From Candidatus Multivorans sp. (GTDB lineage Bacteria; Acidobacteriota; Thermoanaerobaculia; Multivoradales; Multivoraceae): a stretch of 64,000 bases of DNA. Shown piece by piece: positions 45,559 to 55,819 of the stretch. The stretch's first letter is position 1, and each line of letters opens with the position of its first letter. The stretch lies in the NCBI GenBank assembly GCA_965247095.1, contig OZ251997.1, forward strand, positions 1,024,001-1,088,000, given 5' to 3'. A model generated the notes under the pieces. That model was not told the origin of the DNA. It searched no databases and was given only the letters and a program-made list of their open reading frames with translations. The translations under genes and the position numbers were made by a program.

Positions 45559-48500
45559 TGACACCGGAGAAGGAAACGGACCAGCAGGCACGCCTGCCGT
45601 CTGAACCCGCGGGCGAGACCACGTCGCCGGACGAAGTAGACATCCATCGGCACGTTCATCCGATCGTCCGCTTCGCGGTCGAGCGTCGGGTGACGATGTT
45701 CATGGCGACTCTCGGCGTACTGGTCCTGGGTTGGCTCTCCCTCTCGCGGCTGCCGCTCGAATTCCTGCCGCTGTTCCAGTCGTCGAACATCTCGGTCTGG
45801 GTTCCCTACCAGTCGTCTTCTCCAGAAGAGGTCGAACGCTCGATCGTATGGCCCTTGGAGGACAGCCTGGGGACGATCAACGGCGTCCGGCTGCTGCGGT
45901 CGCGGGCGAGCGGGAGTTCCGCTTCGATCGATATCGAGTTCCAGGACGGGACCGACATGGAGTTGGCGACCGTCGATGTCCGCGACCGCGTCGATCGGGT
46001 GCGCGACGACCTGCCCAGCGACGTGGAGCGGATCAGCATCCGCCGCTTCGAGAGCACGGACATTCCGGTGCTGCGGAGTGTTCTGAGCGCGCCGTGGACG
46101 CAGGACGAACTGAACGACTTCGTGGAAGATGTCCTGCTGCCGCGGATCGAGAGGCTGGAAGGGGTGGCGCAGGCCGAAGTCCGGGGCATGATGAGCCGGG
46201 AACTGCGAATCGAGCTCCTGCCCGAACGGATGGCGGCCCACGGCGTGGATGTCCGCGAGTTGGCGCAGGTTCTGCGAGACAACCACGTCAACGTTGCCGG
46301 CGGCTACCTGCGTGAGCGCAGCCGCCGGCTCTTGGTGCGCACCGTCGGCGAGTTCAAGACGGCCGACGAGATCCGCCGGCTGCCGATTCGCGGCGACGGC
46401 CTGCGGGTGAGCGATGTCGCCGATGTCCGCTTCGGCTATCCCGACAAGCATGAGTACAGCTTTCTGAACGGCGTCGAGGCGATCAGCCTGAGCATCAACA
46501 AGCAGTCGGACGCGAACCTCCTGGGGGTGGTGAACCGGGTCAAGGAGGAGTTGGAGGCGATCCAGCAGACCCCCGAGGGTGCGGGTTTGTCGGCGCGGCA
46601 TTTCCATGACACATCCGTCGACGTGAAGCAGGGGTTGTCCGAACTGGGTCGTAGCGGGCTGATCGGCGGCGGTCTGGCGATCGTCTTCATGTTCCTGTTC
46701 CTGCGCAAGTTCCGAACCACGTTGCTGGTGGCTCTGGCGGTGCCGCTGTCGCTGGTCATGACCTTCGTGATGATGTACCTCGGCCGGCAGGCGGGAGTGA
46801 CGGAAATCACGCTGAACGTGATGAGCCTGATGGGGCTGATGCTGGCGATCGGGATGCTGCTGGACAACTCGATCGTGGTCATCGAGTCGATCTTCCGCCA
46901 CCGCCAGGAACTCGGCGCCGACGCAAAGACCGCTGCTCTCTGCGGCGCCAGCGACGTGGCGATGCCGATCATCGCTTCGACCGCCACCACGATGTGCGTC
47001 TTCGTGCCCCTGATCTTCTTCGGCAGCGGCGGCGGCGGCCCTGGCAGCTTCTCGCGCTTCATGGGCGACATCGGCACGACGGTGTGCCTCGTCATGCTCG
47101 GTTCGCTGGTCATCTCGCTGACCGTGGTGCCGATGATCGCGGCGATCCTGTTGCGCTCGGAGAGCAAGCGTCGATTCAAGCTGTTCGACCGGATCGGTGA
47201 GATGTACGGCTCGACGCTCGGCTTCACGCTCCGCCATCGCTTCATCTTCACGGTGGTGATCGGCGGCCTGCTCTACGGCTCGTGGGTGCTCTACAACGGC
47301 ATCGAACGCAGTTTCACCCCGCCCTCCCAGGGCAGGGCGTTGACGTTGTTCGTCGATACGCCGCGGCAGATGGGAACCGACGAGCGGCTCGCGTTCTACG
47401 GTGAGGTCTATGACCTGCTCGATGTCAAGCGCGACGAGTGGGAGATCGCCGACATCGCCCATTCGGTCCGCCGTGGCGGCGGCAGGAGCAGGTCGTACGG
47501 CGGCGGCAACCGGTTCGAGCTCTACCTCAAGCCGGAAGAGACATCGGAACTGACCACGGACGAGATCCAGGATCTGGTCCGGGAAGCGCTACCGCAGCGG
47601 GTCGGCGTGGTGTTCAGGATCGCCCGCGCGGAGTTCGGGCGGCATGGCTCCGGACGGTCGGGAATCGAGATGGAGCTGATCGGCGACGACCTGGACATCC
47701 TAGAACTCCTGATACCCCGGGTGACCGACCGTTTGGAACAGATCCCCTTCATTACCGACATCGACAACTCGCTCGAGAGCGGCGATGACGAGATCCGGGT
47801 CTCGGTGAACCGGGAGCGCGCGCTGCAGGGTGGTCTCTCCAGCCAGGCCGTTGCGATGACGGTGAGCGGTGCGCTGTCCAGCCGTTCCCTCGCCTACTTC
47901 AAGAGTGCCGAGCGCGAGATCGGCATGGTCATGCAGTACCGGGAGGAGGATCGCGAGACCCTCGATCAACTGAGGAAGATGCAGGTGTTCGTGTCCAACC
48001 CGGACGGTGAGGGCGCCCCGGTGTCGTTGCCCATGTCGAGTCTGGCGTCGTTCGAGGTCGGGTACGGAGCGTCCCGGATCGAGCGGGAGAACCGGCGTTC
48101 CAAGGTTGAGATCGAAGCGAACACGATCGGCGGGACGCCGTCCTACATGTTGCGGCGGCCGGTCCAGGAGGCGCTGGCTTCGGTCTCCCTGCCGCCCGGC
48201 TACGAGTGGTCCTTCGGCCGGAGGTTCATGGAGGGCGAAGAGGACGCCGCTCGAGCAATCATCGCCATGATTCTGGCGGTGGTGCTGATCTACATGATCA
48301 TGGCGGCCCTGTTCGAGGACTTCCTGCAGCCCTTCACGATCATGCTGTCGATTCCCTTCGCCTTCATCGGCGTCGGCCTGATCATGGCGCTCGCCGGACA
48401 GCCGAAGTCGGATTCCTCGAACATGGGGCTCCTGATCCTGGCCGGGATCGTGGTGAACAACGCGATCGTGCTGATCGACCACATCAACCGGTTGCGCCGG

Positions 48501-48821
48501 GAGGGCCTGAGCCGTTACGACGCGATCGTCCTGGGCGGCAGGCACCGGCTGCGACCGATCTTGATGACCGCAGTGACGACAATCCTCGGCCTGTCGCCGA
48601 TGGTGGCGCCGTTCTTCCTGCCCGAAGTGTTCGGGCAACCCGAGGGCAGGGCCTCCTATTGGGCGCCGGTGGGACTTGTGATTCTGGGGGGGTTGACGAC
48701 CTCGACCTTCCTGACCCTGCTTGTGATTCCGACGATCTACTCGCTCGTGGATGACGCGAAGCTGTTCATCCGGCGGGTTGTGCGGACGGCGTTGAACCGT
48801 CCGCGGAGAGAGATGGCATGA
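45558..48821 (+). CDS. RND efflux transporter permease (AcrB/AcrD/AcrF family)
   Basis: LLDNSIVVIE and RLRPILMT, 12-TM layout with two periplasmic loops. TAATG overlap start. Confidence 0.92.
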   Translation: MTPEKETDQQARLPSEPAGETTSPDEVDIHRHVHPIVRFAVERRVTMFMATLGVLVLGWLSLSRLPLEFLPLFQSSNISVWVPYQSSSPEEVERSIVWPLEDSLGTINGVRLLRSRASGSSASIDIEFQDGTDMELATVDVRDRVDRVRDDLPSDVERISIRRFESTDIPVLRSVLSAPWTQDELNDFVEDVLLPRIERLEGVAQAEVRGMMSRELRIELLPERMAAHGVDVRELAQVLRDNHVNVAGGYLRERSRRLLVRTVGEFKTADEIRRLPIRGDGLRVSDVADVRFGYPDKHEYSFLNGVEAISLSINKQSDANLLGVVNRVKEELEAIQQTPEGAGLSARHFHDTSVDVKQGLSELGRSGLIGGGLAIVFMFLFLRKFRTTLLVALAVPLSLVMTFVMMYLGRQAGVTEITLNVMSLMGLMLAIGMLLDNSIVVIESIFRHRQELGADAKTAALCGASDVAMPIIASTATTMCVFVPLIFFGSGGGGPGSFSRFMGDIGTTVCLVMLGSLVISLTVVPMIAAILLRSESKRRFKLFDRIGEMYGSTLGFTLRHRFIFTVVIGGLLYGSWVLYNGIERSFTPPSQGRALTLFVDTPRQMGTDERLAFYGEVYDLLDVKRDEWEIADIAHSVRRGGGRSRSYGGGNRFELYLKPEETSELTTDEIQDLVREALPQRVGVVFRIARAEFGRHGSGRSGIEMELIGDDLDILELLIPRVTDRLEQIPFITDIDNSLESGDDEIRVSVNRERALQGGLSSQAVAMTVSGALSSRSLAYFKSAEREIGMVMQYREEDRETLDQLRKMQVFVSNPDGEGAPVSLPMSSLASFEVGYGASRIERENRRSKVEIEANTIGGTPSYMLRRPVQEALASVSLPPGYEWSFGRRFMEGEEDAARAIIAMILAVVLIYMIMAALFEDFLQPFTIMLSIPFAFIGVGLIMALAGQPKSDSSNMGLLILAGIVVNNAIVLIDHINRLRREGLSRYDAIVLGGRHRLRPILMTAVTTILGLSPMVAPFFLPEVFGQPEGRASYWAPVGLVILGGLTTSTFLTLLVIPTIYSLVDDAKLFIRRVVRTALNRPRREMA

Positions 48822-50212
48822 AACGCGAAAGACAACTGCTCGCGGCTCGGGGAACCGGCGCCGTCTTGCTGGTTCTGGCCCTGGCCGCCGCGAGCCTGGG
48901 GTGTGGACAGTCGAACGCCGAAGCCCCTGGAGGCGGTCCGCGTGGCGGCCCCGGCGCTCGGGGCCCGGGCGGTCCCGGCTTTGGCGATTCATCCGGCGGC
49001 GCCACGATTTCGGTCAAGGTGACGGCGGTCATCCGCCGCCAGATTGCCGACTACCTGGAGACGAATGGCTCGCTGGAGGCGGAGAACGAGGTCGACATCG
49101 TGGCCCGGACGACCGGTCCGATCGTTGAACTGAACGTCGAGGAAGGCGACTTCGTGCGCGCCGGTCAGGTGCTGGCGCGGATCGACGCCGCCGAGATCGA
49201 GGCCCAGCTCGGTATTGCCCGCGTGACCCTGGCGGAGGCCGATCTGGCCTGGAAGCGCGCCCAGGACTCCTACCGCGAGGAGGTGATCAGCCAGGAGGCG
49301 TTCGACCTGGCGAAGTCGAACTACGACGGCGCCGCGGCGCAGATTGTCGGCACCGAGATCCTGCTGAACTACACGGTGATCCGGGCGCCGTTCGACGGAC
49401 TGATCATCGAGCGGGTGATCAAGAACGCGGAACACGTGGGCGCCAACGCGCGCTTGTTCCGGATCTCGGACTTCGACCCGCTGCTGTGTCCGATCCAGCT
49501 TCCCGAGAAGGATCTGACGCGGTTGAAGCTGGGACAGCCTGCCTACCTGACTGTCGAGGCTTTCACCGACGTGCGTTTCCCCGCCCGAGTGCTCCGGATC
49601 AGTCCGGTCGTCTATGCAGCGACCGGCACGGTGAAGGTCACCCTGGAGGTCCAGGGCGAAGGTCGTCTGCGGCCGGGGATGTTCGCGAGCGTGTTCGTCG
49701 AGACCGATGTCCATGACAACGCCGTGGTGGCGCCGAAGCAGGCCCTGGTCCTGGAGAGCACAGCCGATACCGTCTACGTGGTCGTCGACGACGGCGAGGG
49801 CGGCAAGATTGCACAGCGCCGCCAACTGGAGCTCGGTTTCGAGGAGAGTGATCACATGGAGGTGCTCTCCGGCGTCGCGGAGGGCGAGGATGTCGTGACC
49901 ATGGGGCAGGACAGCCTGTCCGACCAGACGCCGGTGGTGATCCTGGAACGCGAGGGGCCGGCCCCGGCGGCCACCATGTTCACATCGCAACCGGACGCCG
50001 CGGCGTCGCCGGCCCAACTGGCGGATCAGCGGGCTGGCGCGCCGTCAGACGGTGCGGCCGGCGCTCAGCCGACACAACGGGGCCCAACGCCCGAGCGCAT
50101 CGAGATGATGCGTTCACGGATGAAGGAACGGGGCATGGCCGACGAACAGATCGACCAGGCGATCGAGCGGATGAAGAGCGGCCAGGCGCCGCCGCGCCGT
50201 CCCCCGGCCTGA
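48818..50212 (+). CDS. RND periplasmic adaptor (membrane fusion protein), lipoprotein
   Basis: Lipobox-like SLGC, VEEGDFVRAGQVLARID, IRAPFDG and LRPGMF. Confidence 0.92.
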   Translation: MKRERQLLAARGTGAVLLVLALAAASLGCGQSNAEAPGGGPRGGPGARGPGGPGFGDSSGGATISVKVTAVIRRQIADYLETNGSLEAENEVDIVARTTGPIVELNVEEGDFVRAGQVLARIDAAEIEAQLGIARVTLAEADLAWKRAQDSYREEVISQEAFDLAKSNYDGAAAQIVGTEILLNYTVIRAPFDGLIIERVIKNAEHVGANARLFRISDFDPLLCPIQLPEKDLTRLKLGQPAYLTVEAFTDVRFPARVLRISPVVYAATGTVKVTLEVQGEGRLRPGMFASVFVETDVHDNAVVAPKQALVLESTADTVYVVVDDGEGGKIAQRRQLELGFEESDHMEVLSGVAEGEDVVTMGQDSLSDQTPVVILEREGPAPAATMFTSQPDAAASPAQLADQRAGAPSDGAAGAQPTQRGPTPERIEMMRSRMKERGMADEQIDQAIERMKSGQAPPRRPPA

Positions 50213-50245
50213 GGCCGGATCCGAGGCCCACCCAAGAAACTCGAC

Positions 50246-53200
50246 ATGCGGGTTGTTTCCTTCGCCACCCGGCGGCCGGTCACGGTGTTCATCTTCGCGC
50301 TTGCCGCGGTGGTGTTCGGCGTTGTGGCCTTTCGCGAACTCGCGGTCGACCTGCTGCCCGATATCACCTACCCGTCGCTCACGGTGCAGACCGAGTACGA
50401 GGGGGCGGCGCCGGTCGAGATGGAGACGCTGATCACCCGGCCGGTCGAAGACGCGGTCGGGGTCGTCAACGGGGTCAATCGGGTCATCTCGAGTTCGCGC
50501 GCGGACACCAGTGAAGTCACCCTTGAGTTCTCCTGGGGCACGAACATGGACTTCGCCTCGCTCGATGTGCGCGAACGTCTGGATCAGGTGCGGTTGCCGA
50601 CCGAGGCCGAGCGGCCGGTGCTGCTGCGCTACGACCCCTCGCTCGACCCGATCCTGCGCATGGGTCTGACCGGGGGCGGCGGAGATCTGATCGCACTGCG
50701 GCTCCTCGCCGAGGAGGACCTGAAGCGGAAGATCGAGCGCCTGGAGGGCGTCGCCGCGGTGGTCGTGAGCGGCGGTCTGGAAGAGGAGATTCAGGTCGAG
50801 ATCGACGAACGCCGCCTGACCAGTCTCGGGTTGACGATGAACCAGGTGACCAACCGCCTGGCGCAGGAGAACGTGAACCTGACCGGCGGGCGGTTGCGCG
50901 ACGGCCAGACCGAGTACACGGTGCGAACGATCAACGAGCTGCTGCGCCCGGAACAGATGCGGGAGATCGTGATCGACCGGTCCCAGGGCGCCATCGTCCG
51001 CCTGGAGGACATCGCCCTCGTCTACCAGGGCGCCCGGGAACGGGAGGTGATCACCCGCATTGACGGCCGCGAGAGCGTCGAGATCGCGGTCTACAAGGAG
51101 GGCGGCACGAACACGGTGACCGTCGCTTCCGCGGTTCTCGACAGGGTGGAGGAGCTGGAGCGGGATCTCAAGCAGATCGGCCCCCAGCTCAAGCTGAGCG
51201 TTCTCGCCGACCAGTCGCGCTACATCCGCGAGTCCGTGTCGGCGGTGATCGAGACGGCTCTCATCGGCGGCTCACTTGCGATCGTCGTTCTCTTCCTCTT
51301 CCTGCGCAGCGCGCCGAAGACGCTGATCATCGGTATCTCGATCCCGGTCTCGGTAGTGGCGACCTTCTTCTTGATGTACGTCTCCGGCGTGTCGCTCAAC
51401 ATCATGTCGCTGGGCGGCATCACGCTTGGCATCGGTCTGCTGCTGGACAACTCGATTGTTGTGCTGGAGGCGATCCAGCGCCGGCGCGATCAGGGAGTAG
51501 GTGTCGTCGAAGCCGCCCGCGACGGCGCCTCGGAAGTCGGCCGGGCGGTGATCGCGAGCACCATCACCACGGTCTGCGTGTTCGTGCCGATCGTCTTCGT
51601 CGAAGGTGTAGCCGGGCAGATGTTCGGGGATCAGGCATTGACCGTCACGTTCTCGCTGCTCGTGTCGTTGGGGGTTGCCCTGACCGTGATCCCCATGCTC
51701 GCTTCGCGCAAGTTCTTCAGCGACTCGGACAAGCTGGAAACGGTCGAGAGCGTTGGGCGTTCCAACGTGGTCGTGCGCGGCCTTTCCGCCTTCTTTGGCG
51801 CCGTGGGTCTTGGGATCGCCGTGGGGGTCAGGTACGGGTTCCGCGGGGTCTCCACGGTGCTGTCCTGGTTGCTGCGGCCGGTCCTCGGCGGCTTCGATGC
51901 CCTGCTCAGGGCTGTGACGGCTGTCTATGCGGGCATTCTGGATCGGGCGCTGCGCTATCCCGCAGTGGTCGTTCTGGTGGCGGTCGCCCTCCTTGCAGGC
52001 AGCGTCCCGCTGGTCGGCAATCTGGGCAGCGAGCTGGTGCCCGAGTTGATCCAGGGCGAGTTCTACGTCGACGCCGAATTGGCGCCCGGCAGCCGTCTGG
52101 AAGTGACGGATCGCCGGCTGGGAAAGGTGGACGAGTTCGTGCGCGAGATCCCGGGTGTCGAGTCGGTCTACACCGTCGTCGGTACCTCGAACGAGCAGGG
52201 CGGCGCCGCCGGTGAGAAGCGCGAGAACATCGGCCAGGTGAACGTTCGCATGGAACCGCCGATCGACCCCGAGCGGGAAGAGGCGGTGATGAGCCGGATC
52301 AGGGATCTGATCGAGACCCAGAATGCGTCGTTCGCCTCTGGTACCGCTCCGGTCGCGGGCGCCGGGCCGCCGACAGCGGATAACAGCCTCAAGTACCGGT
52401 TCGGAAGGCCGACGTACTTCAGTTTCCGGAGTCCGGTGGAGGTTCAGATTCGCGGCCACAACCTGGCCTTGCTGGAGGTCCTTGCCGATCAGGTGGTGTC
52501 GCGGATGCGCGAGGTCGAGGGGCTGGTCGACGTCAAGTCGTCGACCGAAGGCGGCAACCCGGAGTTGCAGATCGTCTTCGACCGGGAGCGCCTGGCGGCC
52601 TTGAACTACACCGTCGCCCAGCTCGGCGGCGTGATTCGCTCGAAGGTGCAGGGCGACATCGCCACGGACATCGTCCGGGAGGACCGGAACATCGAGGTCC
52701 GGTTACGCACCGCCGAGAGTTTCCGTGACTCCGTCCGCGATTTGCGGAACCTGAACATCCGGCAGAGCGGCACCACGCCGTTGCCCCTGTCCGCCGTTGC
52801 CGAGGTGATCGAGACCGAGGGGCCGGCTGAGATCCGGCGCAGCGACGGGGGCCGCGTGGCGCTGATCGAGGCGAACATCGTCGGCCGCGATCTCGGCAGC
52901 GTCTCCGACGACATCCAGCAGATCCTCGACTCCACGCGGTTCCCGGCCGGTTTCGACTACTGGGTCGGCGGCCAGCGCCAGGAGATGGAGCGATCCTTCG
53001 ACAGCATGCGACTGGCGATCCTGCTGGCGGTGTTCATGGTCTACCTGGTCATGGCGTCGCAGTTCGAGTCTCTGCTGCACCCGTTCGTCATCCTCTTCGC
53101 GGTGCCGTTCTCCGTCATCGGCGCGATCGGCATCCTGTACCTGACGCGGACGCCGGTCAGCATCGTCGTCCTGATCGGCGGCATCCTGCTGGCCGGAATC

Positions 53201-53488
53201 GTGGTGAACAACGCGATTATTCTGGTCGACTACACGAACCGGTTGCGGCGCGAGGGAAGGGCGAAGGTGGAGGCCCTGCGAGAAGCCTGCCTGGTGCGGC
53301 TGCGGCCGATCCTGATGACCTCGTCGACGACCGTGCTCGGCCTTCTGCCGATGGCACTGGGGTTGGGCGAGGGCGCCGAGCTGCGGACGCCGATGGCGCT
53401 GACGGTGGTCGGCGGGCTCATGACCTCGACCCTGCTCACGTTGCTCGTCATTCCGTCCCTCTACACGCTCCTCGACCGGCGAGCGTAG
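50246..53488 (+). CDS. Second RND efflux transporter permease
   Basis: VDLLPDITYP, LLDNSIVVLE, RLRPILMT and VVGGLMTSTLLTL. Confidence 0.93.
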   Translation: MRVVSFATRRPVTVFIFALAAVVFGVVAFRELAVDLLPDITYPSLTVQTEYEGAAPVEMETLITRPVEDAVGVVNGVNRVISSSRADTSEVTLEFSWGTNMDFASLDVRERLDQVRLPTEAERPVLLRYDPSLDPILRMGLTGGGGDLIALRLLAEEDLKRKIERLEGVAAVVVSGGLEEEIQVEIDERRLTSLGLTMNQVTNRLAQENVNLTGGRLRDGQTEYTVRTINELLRPEQMREIVIDRSQGAIVRLEDIALVYQGAREREVITRIDGRESVEIAVYKEGGTNTVTVASAVLDRVEELERDLKQIGPQLKLSVLADQSRYIRESVSAVIETALIGGSLAIVVLFLFLRSAPKTLIIGISIPVSVVATFFLMYVSGVSLNIMSLGGITLGIGLLLDNSIVVLEAIQRRRDQGVGVVEAARDGASEVGRAVIASTITTVCVFVPIVFVEGVAGQMFGDQALTVTFSLLVSLGVALTVIPMLASRKFFSDSDKLETVESVGRSNVVVRGLSAFFGAVGLGIAVGVRYGFRGVSTVLSWLLRPVLGGFDALLRAVTAVYAGILDRALRYPAVVVLVAVALLAGSVPLVGNLGSELVPELIQGEFYVDAELAPGSRLEVTDRRLGKVDEFVREIPGVESVYTVVGTSNEQGGAAGEKRENIGQVNVRMEPPIDPEREEAVMSRIRDLIETQNASFASGTAPVAGAGPPTADNSLKYRFGRPTYFSFRSPVEVQIRGHNLALLEVLADQVVSRMREVEGLVDVKSSTEGGNPELQIVFDRERLAALNYTVAQLGGVIRSKVQGDIATDIVREDRNIEVRLRTAESFRDSVRDLRNLNIRQSGTTPLPLSAVAEVIETEGPAEIRRSDGGRVALIEANIVGRDLGSVSDDIQQILDSTRFPAGFDYWVGGQRQEMERSFDSMRLAILLAVFMVYLVMASQFESLLHPFVILFAVPFSVIGAIGILYLTRTPVSIVVLIGGILLAGIVVNNAIILVDYTNRLRREGRAKVEALREACLVRLRPILMTSSTTVLGLLPMALGLGEGAELRTPMALTVVGGLMTSTLLTLLVIPSLYTLLDRRA

Positions 53489-53492
53489 GGAG

Positions 53493-55796
53493 CTACGGAG
53501 GGAAGGCCGCCTCCAGCTCCTCGACGGTCCAGACCTCCCGGCGCCCTTCGGTTTGCCGGCGGACGCCGGTCACCAATTCGGAGGAGACCGGAGATGCTGT
53601 GTTGCCCCAGCTTCGCCGCACATAGGTCAGTAACGCCGCGATCGCCGGATCGGGGAGCCGGGGATCGACGGCGAAGCCGGGCATCATGTCGTCCCAGGTC
53701 TGGCCGTGGACTTCGATCGGGCCTTCCATGCCGTGGAGGACGAGGGCGGTGAGGCGTTCGGGCGAACCCAGGACCCAGAGGGAATCGACCAGGCTCGGGG
53801 CCAGGCCGTCCTGGCCGCGGCCGTCGTCGTTGTGGCAGGAGCGGCAGGCGCGGTAGTGGCGCCGGCCGTTGGTGAACTGAGCCGCTTCGGCGGCGGTCAG
53901 GGCGGGCGCGGCGGCCGGCGCCTCCGGCGCCTCGCCGGCGCTGGCGCCGTCCAGGTTCGCGGCGAGCGCGACCTGGCTGTGAAAGGGATCGTCGGGCCGC
54001 GCGGCCAGCCGCTCGGCCAGAGTGGCTCTCGCCCATGACACTTCGCGGGCTGCGGCGCCGAGAGTCAGCAGCGCCTGGGTACGAACCGGGGGCGACGACG
54101 AGTCGAGCAGTTCGGCGATCGCGGCCTGACCGGCGCCGCTTCTTGTGAGCGTTTCCTCGCCCGCGCGCAGGCCGTGGACGACGAGCCAGGGGTCGCGGTC
54201 CCGGATCGCCGCTTGCGCCGTCGCCGCGTCGAGCGCGCCGTGGCCGCTGAGTGTCCACAGCGCGTGGATGCGCGCCAGGGAGTTGTCGCCGGAGCGGGCG
54301 AGTTCCCGCAGTGCGTCACGGGTCGCGTCGTCGAGTTGGCGCTCGACCAGCAGGCGCTGCGCATTGTCGCGGTACCAGCCGTTCGGGTGGGACAGGGCGG
54401 CGATTCGGTCGGCGGCGGCCTCGAGGTTCGGCGGGTCCCGGCGGATTGGTGCGGGCTCTTCGCCTCCGCCCTCCCAGACCACGCGATAGATGCGGCCCAT
54501 GCCGATCGGGCGATCCAGCCCGTGTTCGAGGATGTACTCGCGCAGGTAGGTGGTCACGTACCTCACGTGCTGCAGGATGCCGCGGTACATGTCGATCACG
54601 TACAGCGCGCCATCGGGCCCGACCTTCGCGTCCACGGGCCGGAAGCGCTCGTCGGTCGAGGCGAGGAACTCTCGCTCCACCCAGTCGGGATCGCCGTAGA
54701 GCCGGTGCTCGGCGACCAGGGTCGGGACGCCGTTTTCGACCGGGCCGGGCGCGAGGTCGAAGTGAGCCACGACGTTGCCGGCCGGCTCCGGCACGAAGAC
54801 GTCGCCGCGCCAGGTCGCCGGGAACTGATCGCCCCGGTACACGGTCAGGCCGCTGACCGAGGTGGTCACCGCGAGCCGGCCGTCCTCGCGCAGCATGTTG
54901 TTCACGTAGCCGCGGTTGATGCCGGGGTTGACCCGGATCGAATAGACGCTCTCGTCCAGCACCAACCGTTCGCTGGCGCCGTGCCCGCCGCCCCGGGGCT
55001 GGTGCGCGGGATCGAGCAGGGCGTAGTCGGCCGGGATCAGATCCACGAACAGATAGCGCGAGTTGGTGTTGTAGTAGAGGCGGCCGTAGTCGTCCTGAGC
55101 GATGCCCCACTGGCCGCGGAAAAGGGTCGGATCGACCTCGACGGAGACGCCGCCGGAACCCCGCCGAAGCCGGAACCTGCGATCGGACTTCGCGTTGTAG
55201 ATCCAGTTGTCGAGCGCCCACAGCAGACCGTTCTCGGTGTGCTCGAGCAGATCGGGATCGGCGTCCCCGTAGTCGAGCACGCGCTCGCGGCTCGCGCAGC
55301 GGGGCAGCCTGCCCGCCTCCGCCTCGCTCTTGCACAGCCAGAGGTTGGGCGGTTCGCCGACCAGGATGCCGCCGGAGACGGCCGCGATCGCGCGCGGGTT
55401 GACCAGGCCCTCCAGGTAGATCCCGCTGCGGTCCATCGCGCCGTCATGGTCGGTGTCCTCGAGCACGACGACCCGGCCGACCGGCGCCTGTTCGCCCTCG
55501 CCGTCGACGGTCGGCATGAAGCCGCGCATCTCGACCACGTAGAGCAGGCCCCGTTCGTCCCAGGCGATCGCCACCGGATCCTCGACCAGGGGCTCGGCAG
55601 CAACCAGTTCGACCCGGAAGCCGGGGGCTGCACGGAGCGTCGCCATCGCTTCGGGCGGCGCCAGCGGCGGTGCCTCCGGCACCTCGAACCGGCGCCACAC
55701 CTGGTCCATGACGTGGCCCTCGCGGTCGCCGCGCTGGGCCGCACCCGGCGACGCCGTCAGGACCAGCAGGACCAACAAGAGCGCTCGCCAGTTCAT
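53493..55796 (-). CDS. PVC-type membrane-bound dehydrogenase-like propeller + HEAT repeats + c-type cytochrome
   Basis: GFRVELVAAEPLVEDP, FRPVD.KVGPDGALYVIDMY, HPNGWYRD, heme motif CRSCH and axial MPGF. Confidence 0.85.
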   Translation of the reverse strand: MNWRALLLVLLVLTASPGAAQRGDREGHVMDQVWRRFEVPEAPPLAPPEAMATLRAAPGFRVELVAAEPLVEDPVAIAWDERGLLYVVEMRGFMPTVDGEGEQAPVGRVVVLEDTDHDGAMDRSGIYLEGLVNPRAIAAVSGGILVGEPPNLWLCKSEAEAGRLPRCASRERVLDYGDADPDLLEHTENGLLWALDNWIYNAKSDRRFRLRRGSGGVSVEVDPTLFRGQWGIAQDDYGRLYYNTNSRYLFVDLIPADYALLDPAHQPRGGGHGASERLVLDESVYSIRVNPGINRGYVNNMLREDGRLAVTTSVSGLTVYRGDQFPATWRGDVFVPEPAGNVVAHFDLAPGPVENGVPTLVAEHRLYGDPDWVEREFLASTDERFRPVDAKVGPDGALYVIDMYRGILQHVRYVTTYLREYILEHGLDRPIGMGRIYRVVWEGGGEEPAPIRRDPPNLEAAADRIAALSHPNGWYRDNAQRLLVERQLDDATRDALRELARSGDNSLARIHALWTLSGHGALDAATAQAAIRDRDPWLVVHGLRAGEETLTRSGAGQAAIAELLDSSSPPVRTQALLTLGAAAREVSWARATLAERLAARPDDPFHSQVALAANLDGASAGEAPEAPAAAPALTAAEAAQFTNGRRHYRACRSCHNDDGRGQDGLAPSLVDSLWVLGSPERLTALVLHGMEGPIEVHGQTWDDMMPGFAVDPRLPDPAIAALLTYVRRSWGNTASPVSSELVTGVRRQTEGRREVWTVEELEAAFPP

Positions 55797-55819
55797 CGCG
55801 GTGGAGTAGCCTAGCCCAG

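Noticed and set aside
45555-47462. 635-aa minus-strand ORF within the RND gene
   Set aside because: It is an antisense shadow of a strongly supported permease.
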